Of a DNA stretch of 64,000 nt, positions 28,311-39,463 are shown piece by piece. The stretch's first letter is position 1. Every line of letters begins with the position of its first letter. The notes under the pieces were generated by a model that was not told where the DNA came from, did not search any database, and saw only the letters and a list, made by a program, of their open reading frames with translations. Source of the DNA: Rhodanobacter sp. (GTDB taxonomy: Bacteria > Pseudomonadota > Gammaproteobacteria > Xanthomonadales > Rhodanobacteraceae); assembly GCA_024711345.1 (NCBI GenBank), contig JANJTA010000035.1, positions 328,170 through 392,169 of the forward strand. The letters are read 5' to 3'. Both the position numbers and the translations under genes were made by a program.

Positions 28311-28842
28311 CCTCCTGCCCGGACCGCGCTTCGCACTGGATCGCCGCGTCTGCGTGATCGCCAACCACTGGGGCGCGCGCCGCGTGGTCGGTGCATGCTT
28401 CGGCACGATCAGCCGACTCGGCGACGGCATGTTCTGGTATGCGCTGATGGCGGCGCTGGCGGCGTTCGGCGGCCAGCGCGGGCTGACCGCGGCCGCGCAC
28501 ATGGCGGTCACCGGACTCGTCGCGCTGCTGCTGTACCGCGTGCTGAAGCGCTGGACGCGCCGCCCGCGTCCGTTCCGCGCCTGCCCCGGCGTGATCGCGC
28601 ACGTGCCGCCGCTGGACGAGTTCAGTTTCCCGTCCGGCCATACCCTGCAGGCGGTGGGCTTCAGCATCGTGGCGCTGGCCTGGTACCCGGCGCTGGCGCC
28701 GCTGCTGCTGGGCTTCACCGCACTGGTCGCCGCCTCGCGGGTGATCCTCGGCCTGCACTACCCGAGCGACGTGCTCGCCGCCATCGCGATCGGCGGCATG
28801 CTTGGCAGCGCCTCGCTGTGGCTGGCCGGCCTGCCCGGCTGA
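28279..28842 (+). CDS. PAP2 superfamily phosphatase
   Basis: 187 aa. PAP2 motifs KRWTRRPRP, SFPSGH, SRVILGLHYPSD. Overlaps the GT4 gene by 32 nt. Confidence 0.85.
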   Translation: MHTPPSLPRSDLLPGPRFALDRRVCVIANHWGARRVVGACFGTISRLGDGMFWYALMAALAAFGGQRGLTAAAHMAVTGLVALLLYRVLKRWTRRPRPFRACPGVIAHVPPLDEFSFPSGHTLQAVGFSIVALAWYPALAPLLLGFTALVAASRVILGLHYPSDVLAAIAIGGMLGSASLWLAGLPG

Positions 28843-28896
28843 GCAGATCCTGCGCACGCCGTCGGCCACTTCTTTGCACTCAAGCAGATAGCGCAC

Positions 28897-28943
28897 TTGT
28901 CCACAGGCTTTGCCGCCCGCGCTCCACAATCGCTGTGGAAAAC
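28897..28943. repeat. 48-nt repeat unit, copy 1, with three DnaA-box-like 9-mers
   Basis: TTGTCCACAGGCTTTGCCGCCCGCGCTCCACAATCGCTGTGGAAAACC. About 85 percent identical to copy 2. Internal palindrome TCCACA-N5-TGTGGA. Confidence 0.75.
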
Positions 28944-29021
28944 CGCCGCCCACGCGGCGCCGTCATGCGCAACTCGTGACCAGCGCGTAGCAAGTGCTTG
29001 ATGGATCAACGGCGAAAGCGG

Positions 29022-29070
29022 TTTTTCCACAGGCTTTGCCGGAACGCTTCCACAGTCGCTGTGGAAAACC
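29022..29070. repeat. 48-nt repeat unit, copy 2, with three DnaA-box-like 9-mers
   Basis: TTTTTCCACAGGCTTTGCCGGAACGCTTCCACAGTCGCTGTGGAAAACC. Outer arms GCGGTTTTTCCACAG / CTGTGGAAAACCCGC form a 15-nt inverted repeat. Confidence 0.75.
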
Positions 29071-29133
29071 CGCCTGCGCAAACGACGATGCCGCCCGCAG
29101 GCGGCATCGCATCATCGCCGGCAGGGTGCCCGC

Positions 29134-30003
<870 letters not shown>

Positions 30004-30052
30004 TGCATCACCTGCTTCTCGTGAGTGCGCCGCCAGCCGCCGGCGCGTGCCC

Positions 30053-30849
30053 TCAATGCTTGTCGAGCGTGGCGCGGATCGGCGCCAGGAACGCCCGTGC
30101 GCGTTGCGCGATGTCTCCGGCATCCGCTGCCCCGACCAGCCGTTCAACCAGCGCGCTGCCGATCACCACCGCGTCGGCGAAACCGGCAATCGCCTGCGCG
30201 CTCGCCGCATCGCGGATGCCGAAGCCCACCGCCACCGGCGCCTTCGCGCGGGCCCGAACATCCGCCACGCGGGCAGCGATGTCGCCGGTGCTCAAGTGTG
30301 CCGCACCGGTGATGCCGGCGAACGAGACATAGTACAGGAAACCCTCGGCGGAACCGCACAACTGCGCCATACGCGAGGGTTCGGTGGTGGGCGCGGCGAG
30401 CAGGATCTGCTGCAACCCGGCCTCGCGCAGCGGCTGCAGCACGGCCGATTCCTCCAGCGGGCAATCGACCAGCAGCACGCCGTCGACGCCAGCCTGCACG
30501 GCCTCCTGCGCGAAGCGCGCGTAACCGTGGATCTCGATCGGGTTGAGGTAGCCCATCAGCACGATCGGGGTGTCCGCATCGCGCTGGCGGAACGCGGCGA
30601 CCCAGCCCAGCACGTCGGCCAGGCCCACGCCTTTCGCGATGGCGCGTTCGCTGGCGTGCTGGATCACCGGGCCGTCGGCCATCGGATCGGAGAACGGCAC
30701 GCCCAGCTCGATCAGGTCGGCGCCGGCGTCGACCAGTGCGTGCATCAGCGCCACCATGTGCTCGGGCGACGGGTCGCCGGCGGTGACGAACGGGATCAGG
30801 CCGGTGCGGCCGGCAGCCTTCAACGCGGCAAAGCGGCGGTCGATGCGGC

Positions 30850-30853
<4 letters not shown>
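30053..30853 (-). CDS. trpA: tryptophan synthase alpha chain
   Basis: ATG 30853 within ORF 30053..30919, giving [28 protein letters not shown]...[14 protein letters not shown]. Confidence 0.94.
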
Positions 30854-32061
<1,208 letters not shown>

Positions 32062-32163
32062 GGTGACTCCATCGGAAGCTTGGCAACAGGCTCACACCTT
32101 AGCGCCGGCGCCTCCAGCGAAAAAGCGAAAAGAGCGTCACGATACTTGAGCTAAACTCACGGC

Positions 32164-33060
32164 ATGTCGGATCGCGACCTACCCTCGCTGAACGCCCTGC
32201 GCGCCTTCGAAGCCGCCGCGCGGCTGGGCAGCATGAGCCTCGCCGCGCAGGAACTGCACGTGACCCACGGTGCGGTGAGCCGCCAGGTGCGCGTGCTGGA
32301 AGAAGCGCTGGGCCAGCCGCTGTTCGTGCGCCAGGGCCGCGGCGTGGCGCTCACCGCGGTCGGCCAGCAGCTGCGCGAGCAATGCAGCGCCGCGTTCGGG
32401 CAGCTGCGCGAGGCCTGGCTGCAACTCCGGCAGCAGCGCGCCACGGCGGCCTTCGTGCTGGGCTGTTCCGGCAGCGTGCTGGCGCGCTGGATGATCCCCC
32501 GGCTGGAGCGCCTGCGCCATGAGCTGCCCGCGCTGACCGTACACCTGGCGGTGCAGGAGGAACCGGTGGCCGAGCACCTGGCCGAAGTCGACGCGGCACT
32601 GCTGCTGGCCGCGCCACCCTGGCCGTCAGGCTGGCAGGTACACGAGTTGGCGCCGGAACGCATCGGCCCGGTGCTGAGCCCGCGCTACCCCGGCGCCGAG
32701 CGCCTGCGCGGGCAGCCCGCCAGCGCCTTGTGCGAGGAGCCGCTGCTGCACACCGCCTCGCGTCCGCAGGCCTGGCCGGAGTGGGCCAACACGATGGGGC
32801 TGCCGAGCGAATCGCTGCAGCAGGCGCAGGCCCTGCCCCATCTCTATTTCCTGCTGGAAGCGGCGAGCGCCGGGCTGGGCGTGGCGATCGCGCCACAGCC
32901 GCTGGTGGCCGACGACCTCGCCAGCGGCCGGCTGCTCGCACCCTGGGGTTTCCGCGAGACGTCCGCGCGCTGGGTGCTGGCCAGTTCGCGGCGCATGGAC
33001 GACGGCCGCATCGAGGCGCTGGCCGCCTGGCTGCGCACGGAGCTGTCGGATCAGAGATAG
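32164..33060 (+). CDS. LysR-family transcriptional regulator (GcvA/TrpI-like), divergent from trpBA
   Basis: 298 aa. N-terminal HTH LNALRAFEAAARLGSMSLAAQELHVTHGAVSRQV. 102-nt divergent intergenic region shared with trpB. Confidence 0.85.
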   Translation: MSDRDLPSLNALRAFEAAARLGSMSLAAQELHVTHGAVSRQVRVLEEALGQPLFVRQGRGVALTAVGQQLREQCSAAFGQLREAWLQLRQQRATAAFVLGCSGSVLARWMIPRLERLRHELPALTVHLAVQEEPVAEHLAEVDAALLLAAPPWPSGWQVHELAPERIGPVLSPRYPGAERLRGQPASALCEEPLLHTASRPQAWPEWANTMGLPSESLQQAQALPHLYFLLEAASAGLGVAIAPQPLVADDLASGRLLAPWGFRETSARWVLASSRRMDDGRIEALAAWLRTELSDQR

Positions 33061-34055
33061 CGGCGGATGCGCTGGCGCAGCTGTTCCAACTGCGCGGACG
33101 TCAGCGGGCCGAGCATGCCGCGGCGTTCCGCCGGAATGTGTGCAGTGGCATCCCCGTCGCCGAACACGTAATGGTCAAGCAGGTTCTTCCAGCCCGCTTT
33201 CTCCGCGGGCGTGAGCGCGCCGAAACCGAGGATGCAGTGGAACAGCGCGCCCAGCGCGAGATCCGAGGAACGCCCCTCCTCCGTCACCGGCATCCACCAG
33301 TAGTTCACCAGCGCGTTGAGCCGTTCCAGCGACTCGACGTGATGCCACCACATCGGCGGAATGTAGATCGCGTCGCCCGGATGCAGCTCCGCCACCTGCG
33401 CCGCCGCCAGCGCCTGCCTCAGTCGCGGATAGCGCAGGTCGTCCGGCCGGTCCAGCCGGGCCACGCCGATCGCCGCGCCGGTGGGGGCGAAATCCAGCGG
33501 GCCGACGTAGAGGTTCGGCAACTGCTCGGAGGGGAACAAGGTGAAGCGCCGCGTGCCGCACACCACGCAGGCGATGTTGTGGTAGGCGTCGAAATGTGCC
33601 GGCGTGGTAACCCGGTTGCCGATCCAGATGCGCGGCTGGATGCCGGGGTCGAGCAACGGCAGTGCGTGTTCGTCCAGCAGGCCCGGCAGGCAGGCGGAAA
33701 TCAGCGCGCTCTGCATCGCCAGTCCCGGCGCGTCCGGCTGGCGGCTGTACTGCGCGAGACGCTGCAGCCCCTGACCGATCGAGACGCGGTGGTGCGTGTA
33801 GTTGAAGCCGTCGAACGTCGCGTTGTAGCCGATCACCCCGCGCTCGCCCGGCGGCAGCAGCAATGCATCGACCTCGCTGCCGTTGTCCCGCCGCGCCAGC
33901 TCCCGCGCGAACGTGTCGTCCGACTGCCGCGCCCAGGCCACCATCGGCCAATCGCGGCACAGACCACGGATCACCAGCGGGCGCGCGCGGCCGACCAGCG
34001 CGGCCAGTGCAGGCAACTCGCGGCATTCCTCGATGGCGGCGGGCGCACCGCTCAC
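33051..34055 (-). CDS. cupin-like (JmjC/Cupin_8) domain protein
   Basis: GTG 34055 within ORF 33051..34406, in a GTGA overlap with the trpF stop. TPAHFDAYHN...PGDAIYIPPMWWHHVES is a 2-His-1-carboxylate-like cupin. Confidence 0.72.
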   Translation of the reverse strand: MSGAPAAIEECRELPALAALVGRARPLVIRGLCRDWPMVAWARQSDDTFARELARRDNGSEVDALLLPPGERGVIGYNATFDGFNYTHHRVSIGQGLQRLAQYSRQPDAPGLAMQSALISACLPGLLDEHALPLLDPGIQPRIWIGNRVTTPAHFDAYHNIACVVCGTRRFTLFPSEQLPNLYVGPLDFAPTGAAIGVARLDRPDDLRYPRLRQALAAAQVAELHPGDAIYIPPMWWHHVESLERLNALVNYWWMPVTEEGRSSDLALGALFHCILGFGALTPAEKAGWKNLLDHYVFGDGDATAHIPAERRGMLGPLTSAQLEQLRQRIRRYL

Positions 34056-34675
34056 GCCGCGTCCGCCGCGCGTACCGCGCGGATGAAGGCTTCCAGCTGG
34101 TCCGGGTCCTTGATGCCCGGCGCCGACTCGACTCCGCTGGCCACGTCCACCGCCCACGGCCGCACCGCACGCACGGCCTCGCCCACGTTGCCGGCGTGCA
34201 GGCCGCCAGCCAGGATCAGTGGCTGCGCCAGACCGCGCGGCAGCAACGACCAGTCGAAGGTCCGGCCGCTGCCGCCGACCGCGCCTGCCGCGTGGCCGTC
34301 CAGCAACAGCCCGGCCGCATGCGGATACTGCTGCAGCCGCGGCAGCGCCGCCGCACCCTCGCCCATCGCGACGGCCTTCAGGAACGGCTGGCCGAACTGC
34401 GCGCACCAGGCGTCGCTCTCGTTGCCGTGGAACTGCAGCAAGGTGGGCCGCACGCTATCGAGTACCTGCCGCACCAGCCCGGGTTCGTCGTCCATGAACA
34501 GGGCCACGCTGGCCACCAGTGGCGGCAGCGCCACGACGATCTCGCGCGCCCGCGCCAGCGTCACCCGCCGCCGGCTGCGCGCGGTGAAGACCAGGCCGAT
34601 CGCATCGGCGCCGAGCTGCGCGGCGAGCAGCGCGTCACCGACCCGCGTCATGCCGCAGCACTTGATGCGGGTCAC
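34052..34675 (-). CDS. trpF: phosphoribosylanthranilate isomerase
   Basis: GTG 34675, in a GTGA overlap with the truA stop. [30 protein letters not shown], then LLDG...GGSGRTFDW. Confidence 0.88.
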   Translation of the reverse strand: MTRIKCCGMTRVGDALLAAQLGADAIGLVFTARSRRRVTLARAREIVVALPPLVASVALFMDDEPGLVRQVLDSVRPTLLQFHGNESDAWCAQFGQPFLKAVAMGEGAAALPRLQQYPHAAGLLLDGHAAGAVGGSGRTFDWSLLPRGLAQPLILAGGLHAGNVGEAVRAVRPWAVDVASGVESAPGIKDPDQLEAFIRAVRAADAA

Positions 34676-35439
34676 TGGCTCACCTCGCGCGGCAGGTTCC
34701 AGTAGGGCTCGTAGCGTGGACCGATGAAGGTCAGTCCGGTGGCCGGCGCGGTCGGGCCGGCCACCTGGCGATCGCAACCGGCCAGCAATTCGGCCATCCA
34801 CTCGACCGGCTGCTCGCCGCGGCCGATCGGCAGCAGCGAGCCGACGATGTTGCGCACCATGTGGTGCAGGAACGCGTTCGCCTCGATGTCGACGAACACC
34901 TGCTCGCCCTCGCGCCGCACGCTCACTGCCAGCACGCTGCGGCGCGGATGCGCGGCCTGGCAGGACAGCGCGCGGAAGGCGCTGAAATCATGCTCGCCCA
35001 ACAGCGCCTGCGCGGCGTCGTGCATGCGCGCGGCATCCAGCGGCAGGCGCTCCCAGGTGACGTAGCGCGCATCCAGCGCCGCGCGTACCGGCCGGTTGAG
35101 GATGTGGTAGCGGTAGCGCCGGCTGCGCGCCGCATAGCGCGCGTGGAAACTGTCCGGCACCGGCTGCGCCCAGCGCACCGCCACGCTGGGCGGCAGGTTG
35201 GAACAGGCGCCGAGCACCCAGCCGCGCATGTCGCGGCGCGCCTCGGTGTCGAAGTGCACCACCTGGCAACGGCCATGCACACCGGCGTCGGTGCGTCCCG
35301 CGCAGCTGACCTCGATCGGATGGTCGGCCACCTTCGACAGCGCTTCCTCCAGCACGCCCTGCACGCTGACGTCCGTCTTCAGGCGCTGCCAGCCGCTGAA
35401 ATCGGTGCCGTCGTATTCGATGCCCAGGGCAATGCGCAT
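34672..35439 (-). CDS. truA: tRNA pseudouridine(38-40) synthase
   Basis: 255 aa with [18 protein letters not shown] and catalytic GRTDAGVH. Confidence 0.94.
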   Translation of the reverse strand: MRIALGIEYDGTDFSGWQRLKTDVSVQGVLEEALSKVADHPIEVSCAGRTDAGVHGRCQVVHFDTEARRDMRGWVLGACSNLPPSVAVRWAQPVPDSFHARYAARSRRYRYHILNRPVRAALDARYVTWERLPLDAARMHDAAQALLGEHDFSAFRALSCQAAHPRRSVLAVSVRREGEQVFVDIEANAFLHHMVRNIVGSLLPIGRGEQPVEWMAELLAGCDRQVAGPTAPATGLTFIGPRYEPYWNLPREVSQ

Positions 35440-35489
35440 GGAGTCGTGCAGGGTTTGCCGAAAGCAGAAAGATTAGCAGGCCACAACGG

Positions 35490-35518
35490 CATCGGGCCGG
35501 CAAAGAGCCGGCCCGATG
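35490..35518 (-). terminator. strong hairpin between fimV and truA (terminator/attenuator-like, no clear U tract)
   Basis: CATCGGGCCGGC-AAAGA-GCCGGCCCGATG, a 12-bp perfect stem 26 nt downstream of the fimV stop. Confidence 0.45.
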
Positions 35519-35543
35519 TGTTCCGCGCGATGCTGCCGGCGAC

Positions 35544-37898
35544 TCAGTGCAGGCTGTCGAGCAGGCGCTTGGCGACGTCCTTCTGCATCTGGCTGCCTTC
35601 CTTGACCACCTCGCCGAGCATGGCACGGGCGCCTTCGGCGTCGCCCATGTCGATGTAGGCACGGGCCAGGTCGAGCTTGGTGTCCACCGGGTCGTCGCTG
35701 AACTCGCCCAGCTCGTGAGCGTCGGCCGCCGGCGGCACGCTGTCCTCTTCCTCGAAATGCCAGCTCGACACCGGCTCGGCGGGCGCGGGCTGGCCGGATG
35801 CCAGCGGCGCGACCACGGTGGCATCGTCTGCAGCCGGTGCTGGGGCCGATGCCGGACGCGTCGCGTCACCGGTGGCCCGGGTGAGATCGAAGTTGAAGTT
35901 GTATTCGCTGACGGGCTTGGGGCCGCCCGAGGGCAGCGGCGGCGGCAGCGGGGAGACCACCGTGGGCGCGTCATCCTTGTCGGCATAGTCGTCGATGTTG
36001 AACGCGCCGCGCGCTTCGGCCTCGCCGGACAGCGCCGGCTCGACGTGATGGTCGAACAGCGGGTGGCCCGGCGACAGGTCCTCGCCCATGTGCAGCACGT
36101 CCTGCCACTCATCCTGCTGCGGATCGGCGATATGGGCGTACATCGCCTCGGCCGCCGCCTCGAAATGCTCGACGTCGCGGCGCGAGTAGTACAGGGTGAC
36201 CAGTTCCAGATGCAGGCTGATGTCATCGGGATGTTCGGCCAGCTGGTCGAGCAACTCGTCCTGGTCGACATCGTCACCGGGAAGATCCTGTGCAGCGTCT
36301 GAGGTCGAACCGAAACGATCGGCCAGCGACGGCGCCACCTTTGACGCCGCGGCGGTCGGCTTGCGCCGACGACCCAGCATGGCCAGCAGGATCAGCAGCA
36401 CGATCGCGCCACCCGCGGCCGCCCAGGCCCAGGTCTGCATGTACCACGGCTGTTCCAGCGGCGCCGGTGGGTTGGCCGCAGGCTTGGTGGCCGGCTTCTC
36501 CACCGGCTTGGTCGGCGCCGACGTCGCCAGCGGCGTGGTCACCACGGAGCTGCCGTGTGCCGGGGCGCTGGCCAGACTGGAGGCTGCCGCCGGTGCCGTG
36601 GTAGCTGCAGCGGGCGCCGCGGCCACGCTGGCGGCCGTGCTGGCGGTGGCAGTGGCGGTTTCCAGCTTCTCCACGGGCGCCGCAGCGGTGGCCTTCGTGC
36701 TGCTCGCGACGGTCGCCGGCGACGACGCCGCGGGCTGGTTGGCCGCCTTGCGTGCGGCAGCCAGCTTGGCCTGCAGTTCGGCGATCTCGTTGTCCTTCAG
36801 CGACAGCAGGCGTTCGTTCTTGCTGTTGATGTCCGCCAGGTCCTTGACGCGGGCCTTCAGATCCGCGGTCTGCTGTTGCAGGCTGGCCAGACTCTCCTTG
36901 GTGCGCAACAGTTCCTGACGCGCGCCATTGCCGGCCGCGCCATTGCCTTGCGCACCGGCGCCGGTGTCCGCCTTGGCCGGCATCAGCGCCAACCGGTCGC
37001 CCGTATCGGACGCGCCGGTCGACGCACCGGCATTGGACGTGCGGGTGGCGGCGTTGGCCACGACGGTCGGCTTGCCCGGGATGCCGGCGCGCCAGTCGCT
37101 GTTCTGCCGGCGCACTTCGGCGGCGGCGGCGGCGATCGTCATGGCCTGCGCCTCGGCCGAGGTCGGCACGCGCAGCACCACGCCGGCCTTCAGCGCATTG
37201 ATGTTGTCGCGGTAGAACGCATTGGGGTTGGCCTGCTGCAGCGCCAGCATCATCTGCTGGACGTCGACGCCGGAGGGGGTCACGTTGCGCGCAATGCCGG
37301 ACAGCGTCTGGCCGCGCTCGACCGGCGCGGTCTGGCCCTGACCGGCGGTCGCGGTCGGCGCCGGCGCCGCGGGTGCCGGCTTGGGTCTGGCGATGGGTTT
37401 GGCCGCAGGCTTGGCGGGCGTAGCGGCGGGCGCAGCGGTGGCCGGGGCGGTTCTGGCGGCCGTGCGGCTGGTCGCAGGCGCTACCGGTGCGGCAGCGGCC
37501 ATGGCACCCGGCGGATCGAGCAGGATCGCGTACTCGCGCACGCTCTTGCCGGCCTTGCCATTCACTTCGATCAACAGGTCGAGGAAGGGGTCGTCCACCG
37601 GCGCGCTGCTGGTGATGCGGATCACCGACTGCCCGGCGCCGGCGGTGACCACGCTGAAATGCAGCGGCACCTCGGTACGCCCTCCGACGATGCCGGCACG
37701 CGCGAAGTCCTCGCTGGAAGCCAGTTGGACGGTGAGCCCCTGCAATTCCGCCGGACTGTCGGGATGCAGCGGAATCTCGGCCAGCAGCGGCTGCCCCAGC
37801 GCCGACTTGACCCGGACCTGGCCCAGGTCGACAGCCATGAGCTGGCTGCTGCCCAGTGCCAGTGCGATCAGCATCGACAACTTCAACGAACGATTCAT
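35544..37898 (-). CDS. fimV: FimV/HubP-family polar landmark protein
   Basis: ATG 37898 within ORF 35544..38039. Signal/anchor MNRSLKLSMLIALALG, FimV N-terminal domain, LysM (GQTLSGIARNV...LKAGVVLRVP), Ala/Pro-rich low-complexity region, TM segment, acidic region and C-terminal FimV motif DTKLDLARAYIDMGDAEGAR. Confidence 0.88.
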   Translation of the reverse strand: MNRSLKLSMLIALALGSSQLMAVDLGQVRVKSALGQPLLAEIPLHPDSPAELQGLTVQLASSEDFARAGIVGGRTEVPLHFSVVTAGAGQSVIRITSSAPVDDPFLDLLIEVNGKAGKSVREYAILLDPPGAMAAAAPVAPATSRTAARTAPATAAPAATPAKPAAKPIARPKPAPAAPAPTATAGQGQTAPVERGQTLSGIARNVTPSGVDVQQMMLALQQANPNAFYRDNINALKAGVVLRVPTSAEAQAMTIAAAAAEVRRQNSDWRAGIPGKPTVVANAATRTSNAGASTGASDTGDRLALMPAKADTGAGAQGNGAAGNGARQELLRTKESLASLQQQTADLKARVKDLADINSKNERLLSLKDNEIAELQAKLAAARKAANQPAASSPATVASSTKATAAAPVEKLETATATASTAASVAAAPAAATTAPAAASSLASAPAHGSSVVTTPLATSAPTKPVEKPATKPAANPPAPLEQPWYMQTWAWAAAGGAIVLLILLAMLGRRRKPTAAASKVAPSLADRFGSTSDAAQDLPGDDVDQDELLDQLAEHPDDISLHLELVTLYYSRRDVEHFEAAAEAMYAHIADPQQDEWQDVLHMGEDLSPGHPLFDHHVEPALSGEAEARGAFNIDDYADKDDAPTVVSPLPPPLPSGGPKPVSEYNFNFDLTRATGDATRPASAPAPAADDATVVAPLASGQPAPAEPVSSWHFEEEDSVPPAADAHELGEFSDDPVDTKLDLARAYIDMGDAEGARAMLGEVVKEGSQMQKDVAKRLLDSLH

Positions 37899-38071
37899 TG
37901 CTTGTTCCCCCGAACGATCCTGGCGCGACTCTCTAGTGGATTCATGGCGTTCCGCCATGGCGGCCGGCCCCAAACGAGCTGCCACTTTAGTTATATGCAG
38001 GCCAATCAACAATAGCTGCAGCGAATACTTGCAGTGCATTGCTGCAGCGTGTTCTCACGCAACAGCGACTC

Positions 38072-38380
38072 TCACGGCGCGCCCGGGGGCGTCCGCGACT
38101 GCAATACCTGCAGCTGTTCCCGCAGCTCGGCGATGGTCCGGTCCTGCTGCCGCAGCCGCTCGCTGGCCCGCCGGCTGTCCGATTCCTGCCGGTGGAGATC
38201 CTGCGCCAGGCGCGTCACCTCGGCCTGGCTGCCGGCCAGTTGCCGCTGCGCCGTCGACAGGGATGTGGCTGCCGCCGACGTGGCCGGTGGCGACTTCGCC
38301 TGCTCGCCGGCCCAGGCCGCCGACGCGGCAGCCAGCCCGATGGCCGCCATGAGCGGCATCCCACGCAGCATGGAGATCAT
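38072..38380 (-). CDS. small secreted coiled-coil protein, function unknown
   Basis: 102 aa. Signal peptide MPLMAAIGLAAASAAWA, then a Q/R/E/L-rich helical region. Lies between asd and fimV on the same strand. Confidence 0.5.
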   Translation of the reverse strand: MISMLRGMPLMAAIGLAAASAAWAGEQAKSPPATSAAATSLSTAQRQLAGSQAEVTRLAQDLHRQESDSRRASERLRQQDRTIAELREQLQVLQSRTPPGAP

Positions 38381-38390
38381 GCACAGACTC

Positions 38391-39422
38391 TCAAAGGTAA
38401 TCCTCGATCAGCAATTCGGCGATCTGCACCGCATTCAGCGCCGCACCCTTGCGGATGTTGTCCGAGACGATCCACAGATCCAGCCCGCGCTCGTGCGAGA
38501 TGTCCTCGCGGATGCGGCCCACGTACACCGGATCGTTGCCGGCCGCCTCGCCCACCGGGGTCGGGTAGCCGCCCGGCTTGCGCTCGTCCACCAGCACCAC
38601 GCCCGGCGCCTGGCGCAGCAGCTCGCGGGCCTCCTCGGCGGTGATCTTGTCGCTGGTCTCGATGTGCACTGCCTCCGAATGGCCATAGAACACCGGCACG
38701 CGCACCGCGGTCGGGTTCACCTGGATCGACTCGTCCTCCAGGATCTTGCGGGTCTCCCACACCAGTTTCATTTCTTCCTTGGTGTAGCCGTTCGGCTGGA
38801 AGTCGTCGATCTGCGGGATCACATTGAACGCGATCTGCACCGGGAATTTCTTGCCCGGTTCCACGCTTTGGAAGTTCAGCAGCGCCGCGGTCTCCCGCCC
38901 CAGCGTCTCCATGCCGCTGCGGCCGGCGCCGGAGACGGACTGGTAGGTGGCCACGTTGATCCGCTCGATCTGCACCGCGCGGTGGATCGGTGCCAGCGCC
39001 ACCAGCATCTGCATGGTCGAGCAGTTCGGATTCGCGATGATGCCGCGATTGGTGTACTGGGCGATCGCGTGCGGGTTGACCTCGCTGACCACCAGCGGGA
39101 TGTCGTCCTGGTAGCGGAACTCCGAGGTGTTGTCGATCACCACCGCGCCGGCCGCCGCCGCACGCGGCGCGTGCTCGCGGCTGACCGAACCGCCGGCCGA
39201 GAAGAACGCGATGTCGACGCCCTCGAAATCGTAGGTGTCCAGCAGCTGCACGGTGATGTCCTTGCCGCCGAAGCTGACCTTGCCGCCGGCCGAACGCTCG
39301 CTCGCCAGCGGCACCAGCTCGCTGACCGGGAACTCGCGCTCGGCGAGGATCGCCAGCACGGTCTCGCCGACCGCGCCGGTGGCGCCGACCATGGCGACCT
39401 TGTAGCTGCTCTTCTGACTCAT
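38391..39422 (-). CDS. asd: aspartate-semialdehyde dehydrogenase
   Basis: ATG 39422 within ORF 38391..40037. Starts MSQKSSYKVAMVGATGAVG; active-site region NPNCSTMQM. Confidence 0.93.
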   Translation of the reverse strand: MSQKSSYKVAMVGATGAVGETVLAILAEREFPVSELVPLASERSAGGKVSFGGKDITVQLLDTYDFEGVDIAFFSAGGSVSREHAPRAAAAGAVVIDNTSEFRYQDDIPLVVSEVNPHAIAQYTNRGIIANPNCSTMQMLVALAPIHRAVQIERINVATYQSVSGAGRSGMETLGRETAALLNFQSVEPGKKFPVQIAFNVIPQIDDFQPNGYTKEEMKLVWETRKILEDESIQVNPTAVRVPVFYGHSEAVHIETSDKITAEEARELLRQAPGVVLVDERKPGGYPTPVGEAAGNDPVYVGRIREDISHERGLDLWIVSDNIRKGAALNAVQIAELLIEDYL

Positions 39423-39463
39423 GGGTGGTGTTCTTCGCTCAGGGAGGGAGATCGTACCGGCGG

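Noticed and set aside
28897-29070. Possibility that the DnaA-box cluster is the chromosomal origin.
   Set aside because: No adjacent dnaA/dnaN/gyrB, I saw no AT-rich 13-mer unwinding element, and it lies in a 3'-3' convergent gap. At most it is a secondary DnaA site.
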